DNA from: Antedon mediterranea
Lineage: Eukaryota; Animalia; Echinodermata
Assembly: GCF_964355755.1 (NCBI RefSeq)
Contig: NC_092670.1
Location: 21,252,795-21,316,794, forward strand
Length of the DNA stretch: 64,000 bases
Reading direction: 5' to 3'
The notes beneath the pieces were generated by a model. It had not been told where the DNA came from and ran no database searches. It saw nothing but the letters and a program-made list of their open reading frames with translations. Both the position numbers and the translations under genes were made by a program. This document shows positions 13,379 to 25,400 of the stretch, in pieces (the first letter of the stretch is position 1; every line of letters begins with the position of its first letter).

Positions 13379-14721
13379 TTATTGCAGTAGAGACCCACTT
13401 TTAGGACACCCCTATTAAGGGGACACTTGTTGGATGTCCCCTTAATAGGGCTACTATTGTATTGTATTGTATTGTATTGTATTTTACTTTCGCTACAAGT
13501 TTAGAGTTACTGTATTATATTTATAGACTTTTGTAGTAGTTTTGGTACATTTTATGAATTTGAGAGACTAAATAATAGTGTTTGAGGTATTTATATGGAA
13601 TGTTATTTACTAATTGTATAACAGGGTTCTTTTATACTTTGTATAATTTCCTTGTGTGCTTTTATATATAATGCTTTACATGTATGTATGTGTAGTAATT
13701 TAATAAAATTTATGAAAATAATTGTATGATTTTTTCTAGTATTATAGTAGAATTCCCATAGAAAAGAGCACAAATGCAGTGAAAATCATTATATTATATA
13801 CTCTGCATATACTAATTAATACAGTACACATTCCCCATTTACTGTGTAAATAAGTAATTAATATTTACAGCACACCAAACGAACTCATTCCTTGGCTGCA
13901 CATGTATGTATTTATTTATGTATTGATTAAATATTTATTTTAAAATATCTGAATATTTTTTTAACATTCCATTTTGTACTTTATCACTGGTGGTAGTGAA
14001 AAATATTTAATGTGCTAACTGTTTTTACTGGTATATTATAAAACAAGGTAATTCAATTTGGGGTGGTAGTCTTAATTTTTAATCTGTGTATTGTTATACT
14101 GTATTGTGTAATATATAGTAGACTGTTTCAGATGTTTTGGCATATATGGCGTTTCATATTTATAATACATACACTCGTATTTTCACAGTATTCAGACAAA
14201 AATCGAAACACTGACTGGTAAACTAACATAAAAAAAGACTTGGGGCAAGTCTATGCTACATATAGAAAAACAATAATTGTGGAATTTCTAACCATTTATA
14301 CTATACTGTATTTTTATAATCTAATTCTACTTTTAGATTGGTCTTCCTAAAGTGCAATCTCTTTCTGCGGTACAGGGTAAACTAACAGTTTTTGGATAGT
14401 GCTGTATTTTATAAAATATGTGAATTGAATATTTATTAAATGTGGTTTAAATGTATATTAATAACTAGGTTTAATTTATGGTTTAATTGCTGTGTGTAGT
14501 GTAATATGTATGTTTATGCTTACATAATGAAATGTATGTATTTACATAAACACTTGTTTTTCTATGTGTTAATAGCACACTATCTGGCCTAGTTGTCACT
14601 GTGGCTAGTAGAGCATTAATGTATTTATTTGTAGTGCACAATTAGAGTTGACTACAAGAATCATTGTTACTGTACATGTCTTGAAAATTAATAATGCTTA
14701 ATTATATAATCCTGTTCATTT

Positions 14722-14880
14722 AATGTAATCATTATGTAAAATAATTTTATGTAATCATTATGTAAACTAATTTTATGTAATCATTATGTAAAATAATTTA
14801 TGTAATCATTATCTAAAATAATTTTATGTAATCATGTTCATTATGTTAATTTTATGTTAAATCATTATGTAAAAATAATC
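14722..14880. repeat. AT-rich ~25-bp tandem repeat (ATGTAATCATTATGTAAAATAATTTT)
   Basis: 5-6 degenerate copies visible. Confidence 0.75.
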
Positions 14881-15206
14881 TAATATAACAACTTAATTTA
14901 AAAATACATGTCACTTTTATTAATGATGAGGTAACTCACAATAAAATCTTTCTTGATCTAAATATTTATAACTAACAAGGTTTTGTTGTAATTTAAATAA
15001 TATTGCACATACTGTATATAAAACAATATATAGAATTGTACTGTACTAAACAAGTTTGACTAAAAAAGTATGATGTGCCCAAATATGGTAGTGATATGAC
15101 ATCATCATGTCCATACATGGGCACATTACATTTTGTTTTGTCACATAAAGTTTGATAGTGTAGACAGAGCTTTAGACTTTGTGCACCTGATCACTAACTA
15201 TAATAA

Positions 15207-16474
15207 GGCCAAATAAAAAAACATACTTGTTAAGCGTCACCGCCCGCTCCTGATTATCCAGCCGCCTCTCTTTTTATTTTTATTTTTTTTTTACCGATAT
15301 ACAACGGAAAGTTCAGCGGCCCGACCCAGCTCCAGAGTAGGGCTCGAAATTCACGCTAGCAAACTAGCATTTTGCTAGTAGATTCTTCATAATTGCTATT
15401 TGAAAATTTCAAAACTAGCAAATGTTTGTTAGGCTAGTGTAATTTTTGAAAAAATACATACTTTTTAGCTTAGACAACGCTAGCCGCCGATCGCTCTATG
15501 TCGACAACGGCAAATTGGTGAAAACAATTGTTTCATTTACACGCCGCCGATTTACGTAAAGGAAACGCGAATAGCACCGTGAATCATGTAATGTGGTAAA
15601 CAGCAAGCTTTTTCCCCAACACATTAAATCATGTGCATTTAGTACGTCGCTGATGATTACATCATCAGTCACGTGATTACAGAATACGCGATTATCAATT
15701 TAGGGATTTAACGAAATCAATATTTTGCCTACACAGTGGTCGAAGCGCGTTTTTTTATAGGTTCGTAAATAGGAAACACCCCATACATAATGGACTCTAC
15801 CAATTTTGTTTACGATGATCTCGCGCTCGAGATCGGCACACCACGAGGTCCTGTTGGGCGATGGGTTTCCTTTAAATGCCTGGTTTACCTGCCTGGAATA
15901 ACCGGAATAATTACATACACTTTTTGCATCACAACTTTAAATACTGATTTACACAGCAATTGGCAAAGGATTCATCAAAGAAGAATGAATACGTTGAATA
16001 AAAATTCACTTAAGAAATGCCGTAAGCTGTTTTCAAACTATAAATCAGCCCACTATTTAGTATTATTGAGACCAAATCATGCTTCTCGCGATAGGGAATT
16101 TCCTGGATAGATGAGTCGAGCGAGAGTCGGCGGATGGCCGATGAGTGAGGTTGGGGTAGCACCTTGGACGGATTAGTTAGCCTAAGGCCTACAATTTCGC
16201 TTGGTGGCAATTAAATTTAATGTTTTAATTACGTCTGGATATAAACAATACAAAACTCAATTTTGTCATAAGCAATAATATTTCATACATAGTCAATTTT
16301 GTTCTGTTTCGCATTTTAAAAGTTTGACGTTTCGTCCTAAAAAAGTGGGGAAAAACGTCCACCGCGCAAAAATATACCTCTATAAAAAGTAAAAAAAAAA
16401 AAAAAAAACCGTCCCCCCGCCCCTGAAAATGTATGAGGGTGTGACGCTTAACAAGTATATTTTTTTATTTGGCC
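15207..16474. mobile_element. Non-autonomous PIF/Harbinger-like DNA transposon (~1.27 kb)
   Basis: ~34-bp TIR GGCCAAATAAAAAAA.ATACTTGTTAAGCGTCAC at both ends; TAA on both flanks (15204-06, 16475-77). Confidence 0.75.
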
Positions 16475-16572
16475 TAAGAATTATTTCTCTTATGGTTATC
16501 CTTAGCAATTTGTCTACAAAAATTAAAAATCTCGGGCTGGGTGATTTTTCAACCTCCTCTTTTTCAACCTCT

Positions 16573-18959
16573 TCATTCCTCCTCAATATATTTTATCATC
16601 CATTGCATGACCTCTACCAATTCCTCATCTTTGACGCTCACATCGACAACTTTTATTGGTTGCTTAGCATTTTGGATAATGTCGTCCAATCGCATTAGGT
16701 ATTTCACATCACATGGTTTCACATGGGATGGAATATCGCTAGAAAGTGTTAAAAAATAGTATTTTAAAAATCAGATTTAATACATAGAAATACCAAATAA
16801 TATGATGTAAAGTAGTACTGACGATTGGTTATCACATGACTACAACGACTTATTTGATTTGCTGAGTTCATAAACCCCAGCAAGCGAATTTGCCAATAAG
16901 GTACATGGCTTCATTTTTGGCAAACTGCAGAAAACTTGTGTCTGCTCAGGCTCATCATGTGGGTCAAGACATTAACTTACGTTTTATTAAAGATGATAAT
17001 AAACGGCTTATTCTGTAATTCTTCATGGGAAAGTACAGTCAAAAGTTGAATATAAGATGCTGAAATTTGACATGGATTGGCGACATCAACTACAAACTGA
17101 AAAGAAACGTTTAGAAGTGTTATAATGAATAACAATCATGCCGCACTTGACACCAATTTGTTTATTTTTGTCCCATTACGAATCAAGATATTTTACCATG
17201 ATAGCGTGACAATCATTGTAGTACTTGTACCAAATTGGTCCCATAGCGCCACCCAATTCCCGAATACATCCTTCACGTTTTTTATTGTCCAAACTTACTT
17301 TCACAATATTTGTTCCCACCTGTAATAAAGAAAATGATAAACGCAGCAATTATGGGACTGGCTAAGTCTTCAAACCAACACAATTCATTAGAAACAATGA
17401 TAAGTTATACATTTAATAATAATACTGTCAGAGAGAGTTAGCCAAGGACTGTTGTGGCTGGGGAAAGCTTGTAGTTGCTCCGCAGCCAACTGATGATGAT
17501 GACTGACTGTAAACAATTTTTATATATATATTTAAGACTTACTTACTGTTGGAATTGTTGACAGTGACATTTCCGCACTTTGATCATCCTTTCGATAGAA
17601 ATGTAAAGTGATAGTTAAGAAATATTTATTAAAAACATTTTTGTGTAGGGCTACTGTACTGTTGATTGGGTAGTAATACTAGTACCTACTATTAGTGGTA
17701 GTAGTGTAGACGAAGTAGCGCGTGTGATATATATTATAATATAAAAGAAAGGATATTTTGTTGGGTGAGGGATGGATGGACACGGCACTGTGTTGATTAT
17801 GTATGTACTACTATATTATACTTTCACCAAGAAGTGCACGGCGCTAGTTCCGTTTCGCACCTGTTTTTATTTCGACTTCCTTTTGACTCCCAATTGTTAA
17901 GCAACTTATTGTGAATACCACACCTTAAAATTGGGCCTCATAAGTACTTTTATGAAGAAGAACCACATAAAAAGTAACAAATTGATGATTTTACAGACAT
18001 GTTTCTCGCATACCGTTCGCCGCGAATTTAGCATACTCGAAGTTCAATATTTTCGTTTCTATGGAGCGCCAAAAGAGCAACAACAATAGATGGTTAAAAC
18101 CTCAGTGGAATGCGTCTTCTTTTAATGCATTTATTATTGAAATACACGTTTAATTTTAATATATTTTGTCAATAAAAATGCTATAACATTTTACTGCTAA
18201 TAATTTGCTGTTTTCAAATAGCAACCAATCCTAGGCCTAAGAGTAAGACTAAGACTAAGAGGCATATTATTTAGATTAAGGTATACCCCTACAGTACATG
18301 TAATATGATGATGAATTTGTCGATTTTCATTCCTAAAAGCTCCTGCAAAAACCATGTACAGTATCAACAGTAATATTTTTGTTGCATTGACATTGACAAA
18401 ATATGATAAAATTGAACGTAATTTTCACCAATAAATGCATTAAATATACGAAATTTACTGAGTTTTTAGCCCTCTATTATGATTGCTCTTTTGGCGCTCC
18501 ATAGAAACAACAACATTGAACATGGAGTATGCGAAATTCACGAACCGATGTGCGAGAAACACGTCTGTAAATTCATCAATTTAAAGGATTTATTTTTTAC
18601 TTTTTGTGTGATCTCCTTCGTAAAAGTATTTTTGAGGCCTAATTCTAAGGTGTGGTACTCACGATAAAGTTACTTAACCAATTTTGAGTCGAAGTGCACT
18701 GCGTGGACATTTTTGCAAAAAAAAAAGCTAGGCCTAGGCCTCGGTCCAGGTTATTTTTTTTTTTGCCACACTACCCTCATCAGGAAATGATTTTCCTCGC
18801 GTATGCTCTATTCAGTGTAGTACTACATGTTATCGCCAGAGAGGCCTAGCATTAAAAGTATTTAAATGTAGTTCATTCTCATTCGGAAAAAAGGATATTT
18901 TGAATTTTTCGCAACAGCAATGTTTTTCCAACACCACAAGCACCTAATAATAAATACAT
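16573..18959 (-). CDS. ARL16: ADP-ribosylation factor-like protein 16, 173 aa
   Basis: Exons (-): 18959-18899, 17602-17547, 17319-17197, 17096-16981, 16738-16573 (522 nt). Protein MYLLLGACGVGKTLLLRKIQ...TIPTVGTN...IRELGGAMGPIWYKYY...FVVDVANPCQISASYIQLL...FNKTD...LMRLDDIIQNAKQ matches ARL16 hallmarks (GxxGVGKT, RELGG replacing DxxG, NKxD). Confidence 0.92.
17603..18898 (-). other. U12-type (minor spliceosome) AT-AC intron, ARL16 intron 1
   Basis: 5' site ATATCCTT at 18898; branch-like TTCTTAAC 11 nt before the terminal AC at 17604-17603; this junction keeps the frame into the next exon. Confidence 0.85.
17890..18690. mobile_element. Degenerate palindromic MITE with long (~250-300 bp) imperfect inverted arms, inside ARL16 intron 1
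   Basis: For example TTTACAGACATGTTTCTCGCA..CTATGGAGCGCCAAAAGAGCAA (~17990-18080) pairs with TTGCTCTTTTGGCGCTCCATAG..TGCGAGAAACACGTCTGTAAA (~18483-18571). Confidence 0.7.
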
Positions 18960-19419
18960 CACGGAATCATATCTAGCGAAAGCACTAATTAAAATTAACA
19001 ATGAATACAAATAATATAATTGCTTGGAATTTTTGTTTATGACAACCGCCCTCTTGGGATGGTAAGATGAAATAATATTTTAGCTAGCAGCCAAGAACAA
19101 TTTTGTTTACTATATTCTCTTGCTGTCTCATTTTATAACGTAACATTGCAAAACAAAATAATTTTGTTTTAATTTATAGTATAATTTTTCAAACAAAAAT
19201 ATAAGGATTGCAATGTTTAGGCAAAATATTTACTAAACAAAAGAACATAATATTTCAACCGGAAATAATGTCATATAAAGGTCAAGTCATTTATTATTCA
19301 TTTTGAGATTAAAAGGAGTGATGATACAGCAGTCATAATCATAAGACTAATTTTAACTATTTTATAGCATTGTAGCTTCTGATTTTCACACCAAGTTTAT
19401 CTTATCTACAAACAGTATA
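18960..19419. promoter_or_regulatory. Probable bidirectional promoter shared by ARL16 and HGS
   Basis: 460 bp between divergent start codons; ETS-like CCGGAAAT at ~19259. Confidence 0.6.
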
Positions 19420-22400
19420 ATGTTTAGCTCTGGAAAAGGAAATTTTGATAAATTAATTGGTAAGAAACAAGTAAAAGATTCGTTTGAGTTTAGGCTGTGT
19501 TGTATACTATATATAGAGAGTTCTACTAGCCCACTAGGCCTAGCTAGGCATAAGCCTAGTAGGCTAGTACTACTATAGAGTGTATATGTAGTGTAAGAAG
19601 TATACATACACGCCAGGAGGTGGTAATACTGTATTATTAATATAATAGGCCTATTGTATTTTAGAATAGATAAGATATACTAAGTAGAGATCTATCTGTT
19701 CATTGATATTTTAGATAAGGCCTAACTAGGCCTAATACTAAATAGACTCTACTACTAATGGTGTCAGATTATATCGGTCGCGTTTGAAATCGGTCGCGCT
19801 ATTTTGTATGGATCGGGCGGGATGCGATGTATTTTTCGTTTATATAGATTTAATTGATATTTTTTAGGAACTAGATTATTTATGTGGATATTTTTTACTT
19901 TTTTTTGTATTTCACAGGTCTCGGAGAAGGACTGTCTTTTCAAAATGGCCATTTCTAAACACGTTTAAATATTATATTAGGCATAATGTTATATTAGGCA
20001 TATAATAATTTACCTCTAGTTACTACAAAATATCAATTAAATCTACATAAACGAAAAATGTATATCCCGCTCTAGCATGCATCCCGCTCGATCCATACAA
20101 AATAGCGCGACCGATTTCAAACGCGACCGAATTCAAACGTGACCGATATAATCAAAAGTATAGCTCTAGCGGCGCGCCATACAAAATACCGGAAGTTGAT
20201 TTTATCGCGACCGATTTCAAACGCGACCGATTTCAGACGCGACCGATTTCATCGTAAACCCTACTAATACTACTAGAGTAGGCCTACTACTAGGCCTTAC
20301 AGTAGTGTTAAAATTTAAAAAATATTAGTACAAATAGGTGAGGGTAGGCCAAGCAACAAATACTAGGCCCGGACCTTCAGACATGGCACATATTGTACAA
20401 CTCCCTGATTGATACATATATTCAATAGTGTGTTAAATTGATAATGTGTTTTGAAAAAGTATATATAATGATATTGAAATAAAACTTTTAATTTTCACAG
20501 AAAAAGCCACAAGTCAGCTTTTGTTGGAACCGGACTGGAACAGTATCCTTCAGATCTGTGACAGTATTCGTCAGCGTGATGTACAGTTAGTATTCATTTT
20601 ACGCAAATTTACTTATAGACGATTATTATGATTATCTTTAATCTTATTTTATTTTTATTCATTGTAAATGTTGTTGTATTTCGTTTTCAGACCAAAATAT
20701 GCATTTACTGCAATTAGAAGAAAGATTGTTGACAAAAATCCCAGAGGATCACTGTATGCGCTCCAGGTATAATTTATAATTCACTTTCTGTATCTGAACA
20801 TGCTTTAATACCTCACAAAATACTGTTGTGTCATTGTGTCTATTTTCTTTCAGATTTTGGAGTCATGTGTGAAGAATTGTGGGATTGAATTCAATGAAGA
20901 GGTTTCCAACAAACTGTTTATGGAAGAATTGAAAGAATTGGCCTCTGTACGTAATTTCTCTTTATTTCTATTTTTTTTACCACCTAGGAAATGTTAGATC
21001 AGTCCTAGACATAGTATTGGTGGTTTCTAGTCCCTAATAACAATTACTTCTTGAAGACAATATTATGTTCAGAATGTATTTATCAATGTAATAACTAATA
21101 AATGTTTTCACCTTATTAATTAATAAATCACAATCTTAATGGGTCATTCCATGTCAAATCACCCAATGGGTTAAACCCTACTTTCTTCAAATTTGCTCAA
21201 ATTTGGTTTTTGGGTTATTTTTAGCTAAAAAACCTGAAATTTTTAATTAGAGCGCCATACGACCAACGGTTCGCGCGCTACGCGCCGTCGTTTCTTTGCG
21301 ATTTTGCGCAAAATCGACGCGGCGGGCTATACTTAAATGACCGTATCTTCATAACGTGTGGACCGATTTTGTTTTGACAGGTATCTTTGGAAAGCTAATT
21401 GTTAAAGCTATCCAATTCTTCTATTTACTTTTGAGATAGAACTATTTAAAAGATGTATAACTTATTCTATTCCATTTGACCTAGGATTTGACCTTGTGGG
21501 ACAAATTTTTTTTAGATGAAATTTTGTGAAAATTATCTCCTACATGATATTTACATAATATAAAAAAATTGGAGATATATTATTTTTTGTTTGCTTTCTA
21601 GCTCATTTCAAAGTTGGCTTACTTCAACAATTCTGGTATTTCTATACAGTGTAGATGTATTGTCGACATTATATCACTACCAAATTTACCTCTTAATACT
21701 ATGGGTTTCACTGTCAGATTTAAGACTATAACAATGCTTTAATAATATTTTCATGCTCCATACAAAATAATTATTACTTGGGTAAACATCTGTACACCAT
21801 TTGACTACCCCATTTGGTTAGCCAAGGATGTACCATCAGTTTATGGCACTCTTTTCACACTTTCAAGCAAATTGAATCTTGAATTTTTTTTGTTTGATGA
21901 TATAAACTTTGAAACATTGATTGTTCTTTGCTGTTAATCATTATTTTACATTTTTGTTCATTGTATTTTGTTCACTTATTTCTTCACTCATAATTAGGCT
22001 ATAATTACGTTATAAACGGCATGGACCGGGGTGACGATACGTCTGTTGGGGCAAGTAGGGTCCAGTCATTTCAAGTAAAAATACCACTTGTTGCCCCGGT
22101 CCATGCCGTCTAGCTGCCATTTTATGCAATTTTAAAACATTACTACAATTTTAACATTTTTTATAAAAAATGCAATATAACCACATAAATTTATAGGGCT
22201 ATAATTACGTTATAAAACGGCATGGACTGGGGTGACGATACATGGGTTGGGGCAAGTAGGGTCCAGTCATTGTATAAAAATACCACTTGCCCTGGTCCAT
22301 GCCATCTAGCTGCCATTTTATGCAATTTTAAAACGTTACTACAATTTTACGTTTTTGTAAAAAATGCAATATAACCACATGATTTATAAGGCTATAATTA

Positions 22401-25400
22401 CGTTATAAACGGCATGGACCGGGGTGACGATACATTGGTTAGGGCAAGTAGTAGTAGCCAACCCATGTATCGTCACCCCGGTCCATGCCGTTTTATAACG
22501 TAATTATAGCCCTATAAATTTATGTGGTTATATTGCATTTTTTTATAAAAATGTTAAAATTGTAGTTATGTTTTAAAATTGCATAAAATGGCAGCTAGAC
22601 GGCATGGACCTGGGCAAGTGGTATTTTTCTGAAATGAGTTTACCCTACTTGCCCTAACCCATGTATCATCACCCCGGTCCATGCCGTTTATAATGTAATT
22701 ATAGCCCTATATATCATGCATTTATATTGCATTTTTTATTTAAAAAAATTTAAATTGTAGTAACGTTTTAAAATTGCATAAAATGGAAGCTAGACGGCAT
22801 GGACCAGGGCAAGTGGTATTTTTATGCAATAACTGGACCCTACTTGCCCCAACCCATGTATCGTCGCCCCAACCCATGTATCGTCACCCCGGTCCATGCC
22901 GTTTTATAACGTAATTATAGCCCTATAAATTTATGCATTTATATTGCATTTTTTATAAAAATGTTAAAATTGTAGTAATGTTTTAAAATTGCATAAAATG
23001 GCAGCTAGACGGCATGGACCGGGGCAATTTTTACTTGAAATGACTGGACCCTACTTGTCCCAACCCACGTATCGTCACCCCGGTCCATGCCGTTTATAAC
23101 GTAATTATAGCCTAATTATGAGTGAAGAAATAAGTGAACAAAAATGTAAAATAATGATTAACAGCAAAGAACAATCAATGTTGTTTCAAAGTTTATATCA
23201 TCAAACAAACAAAATTCAAGATTCAATTTGCTTGAAAGTGTGAAAAGAGTGCCATAAACTGATGGTACATCCTTGGCTAACCAAATGGGGTAGTCAAATG
23301 GTGTACAGATGTTTACCTAAGTAATAATTATTTTGTATGGAGCATGAAAATATAATTAAAGCATTGTTATAGTCTTAAATAATCTGACAGTGAAACCCAT
23401 AGTATTAAGAGGTAAATTTGGTAGTGATATAATGTCGACAATACATCTACACTGTATAGAAATACCAGAATTGTTGAAGTAAGCCAACTTTGAAATGAGC
23501 TAGAAAGCAAACAAAAAATAATATATCTCCAATTTTTTTATATTATGTAAATATCATGTAGGAGATAATTTTCACAAAATTTCATCTAAAAAAAATTTGT
23601 CCCACAAGGTCAAATCCTAGGTCAAATGGAATAGAATAAGTTATACATCTTTTAAATAGTTCTATCTCAAAAGTAAATAGAAGATTTGGATAGCTTTAAC
23701 AATTAGCTTTTCAAAGATACCTGTCAAAACAAAATCGGTCCACACGTTACGAAGATACGGTCATTTAAGTATAGCCCGCCGCGTCGATTTTGCGCAAAAT
23801 CACAAAGAAACGACGGCGCGTAGCGCGCGAACCGTTGGTCGTATGGCGCTCAAATTAAAAATTTCAGGTTTTTTGGCTAAAAATAACCCAAAAACCAAAT
23901 TTGAGCAAATTTGAAGAAAGTAGGGTTTAAAATGTCATTTTTTTTGGGTGATTTGGTATGGAATGACCCTAATGCAATATATCATTTTATCATTATTATT
24001 CAGAATCTTAATTTGAAATACTGAATGTAAATCTTTATACCGTTTTAGGCTCTGCAATATAAATTTTCTCTGTATACTTAATTGTTTTATCATATTTAGA
24101 TTTTAACACAATATCAAATAATCTATTAACCTATTGATCTCAGACTGTGTAATATCATTTAAATATCCAGTGTTTATCATATGTGCAATAAACGTGGGCT
24201 TCCCCCACAAAAGAGAAAAAAAGACAAAAACAAAAAAAAACGTAGCCCATAAAAAAATGTTATGCCTTGGGAATGCAGCAAATATATATTATAACTTAAT
24301 TTTTAAAAATTTTAGTCTGGTAATGAAGAACTAAGAAATAAGGTGCTAGAATTAATCCAAGCTTGGGGGAATGTGTTCCGCAATGAACCTAAGATGAAAA
24401 CCGTCGTAGATATGTACAACCTTCTGAAGCTGGAAGGTATGATAACTTCTTGAAATAAATTATTTTAAATCCTAAAAAAATTGTTTTCTAATACCCTTTT
24501 CACATCTGCATAAATTGTTATAACTTGATCTACCAATTTATTACATGTTTTCATACATGCATATGCAAACCCTGCGAAATGTTGGAAGAAAAGCGTGTTT
24601 GTACGCTATTTGATTACTCTGATTGATGAGTTTAATACCAGGGCAATACATGCGTGCACAGTAAGAACTTGGAACATCTTGGAACAAAAAACAGGCCTCC
24701 CATCAGTGTGTTTTTCTCCCGAGATTTCACAAGGGATCAAGGGTGATTTTCCACAAAATTGTCTTCACAATATGCAAACCTGGTTACAACTGTTACTTTT
24801 TGCAGATATGAAAAAGGTACTAATCTTCTATTCTGTTTGATAGCCACTGTGGCATAATTTGATTAATTTTATGAACTATGTTTATTTTTCAGGTCATTCA
24901 TTTCCACAATTAAAAGAAAGTGATGCAATGTTTTCATCTGAGAAGGCCCCAGAATGGATTGATGGTGACAAATGCTACAGCTGTAGGACTGAATTTGGCA
25001 TCACTGTTCGTAAGGTAATTATAAATAGGTACAAGACACAATGACTGGCCAAGAGAAGCCTTTACTTAAATAAAGCTCTGTCTACACTATCAAACTACAG
25101 TAGTTTGACAAAGTGTGATGTGCCCAAATATGGTAGTGATATGCCCAAATATGGTAGTGATATGACCAAATATGGTAGTGATATGACATCATAATGTCCA
25201 TATATGGGCACATCACATTTTTTTGTCAGAAAATGTTTGATAGTGTAGACAGAGCTTTAATAAAGCACATACATTTTTATTTTATTACTAACTAATAATG
25301 ACAATATCTTTGGCACAAAAATGTGGGTAGCAAAACATAGATATCATGAATAAAATAGTTCAATAATAGTTCTTGATCTAACTGGTACCCATTTTATACA

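Noticed and set aside
15790-16210. 106-aa and 66-aa ORFs
   Set aside because: Inside a TIR element; no recognisable transposase motifs.
16380-16759. ORF-track calls overlapping this region
   Set aside because: Wrong frame or strand; the real coding sequence is the last ARL16 exon (16738-16573, -).
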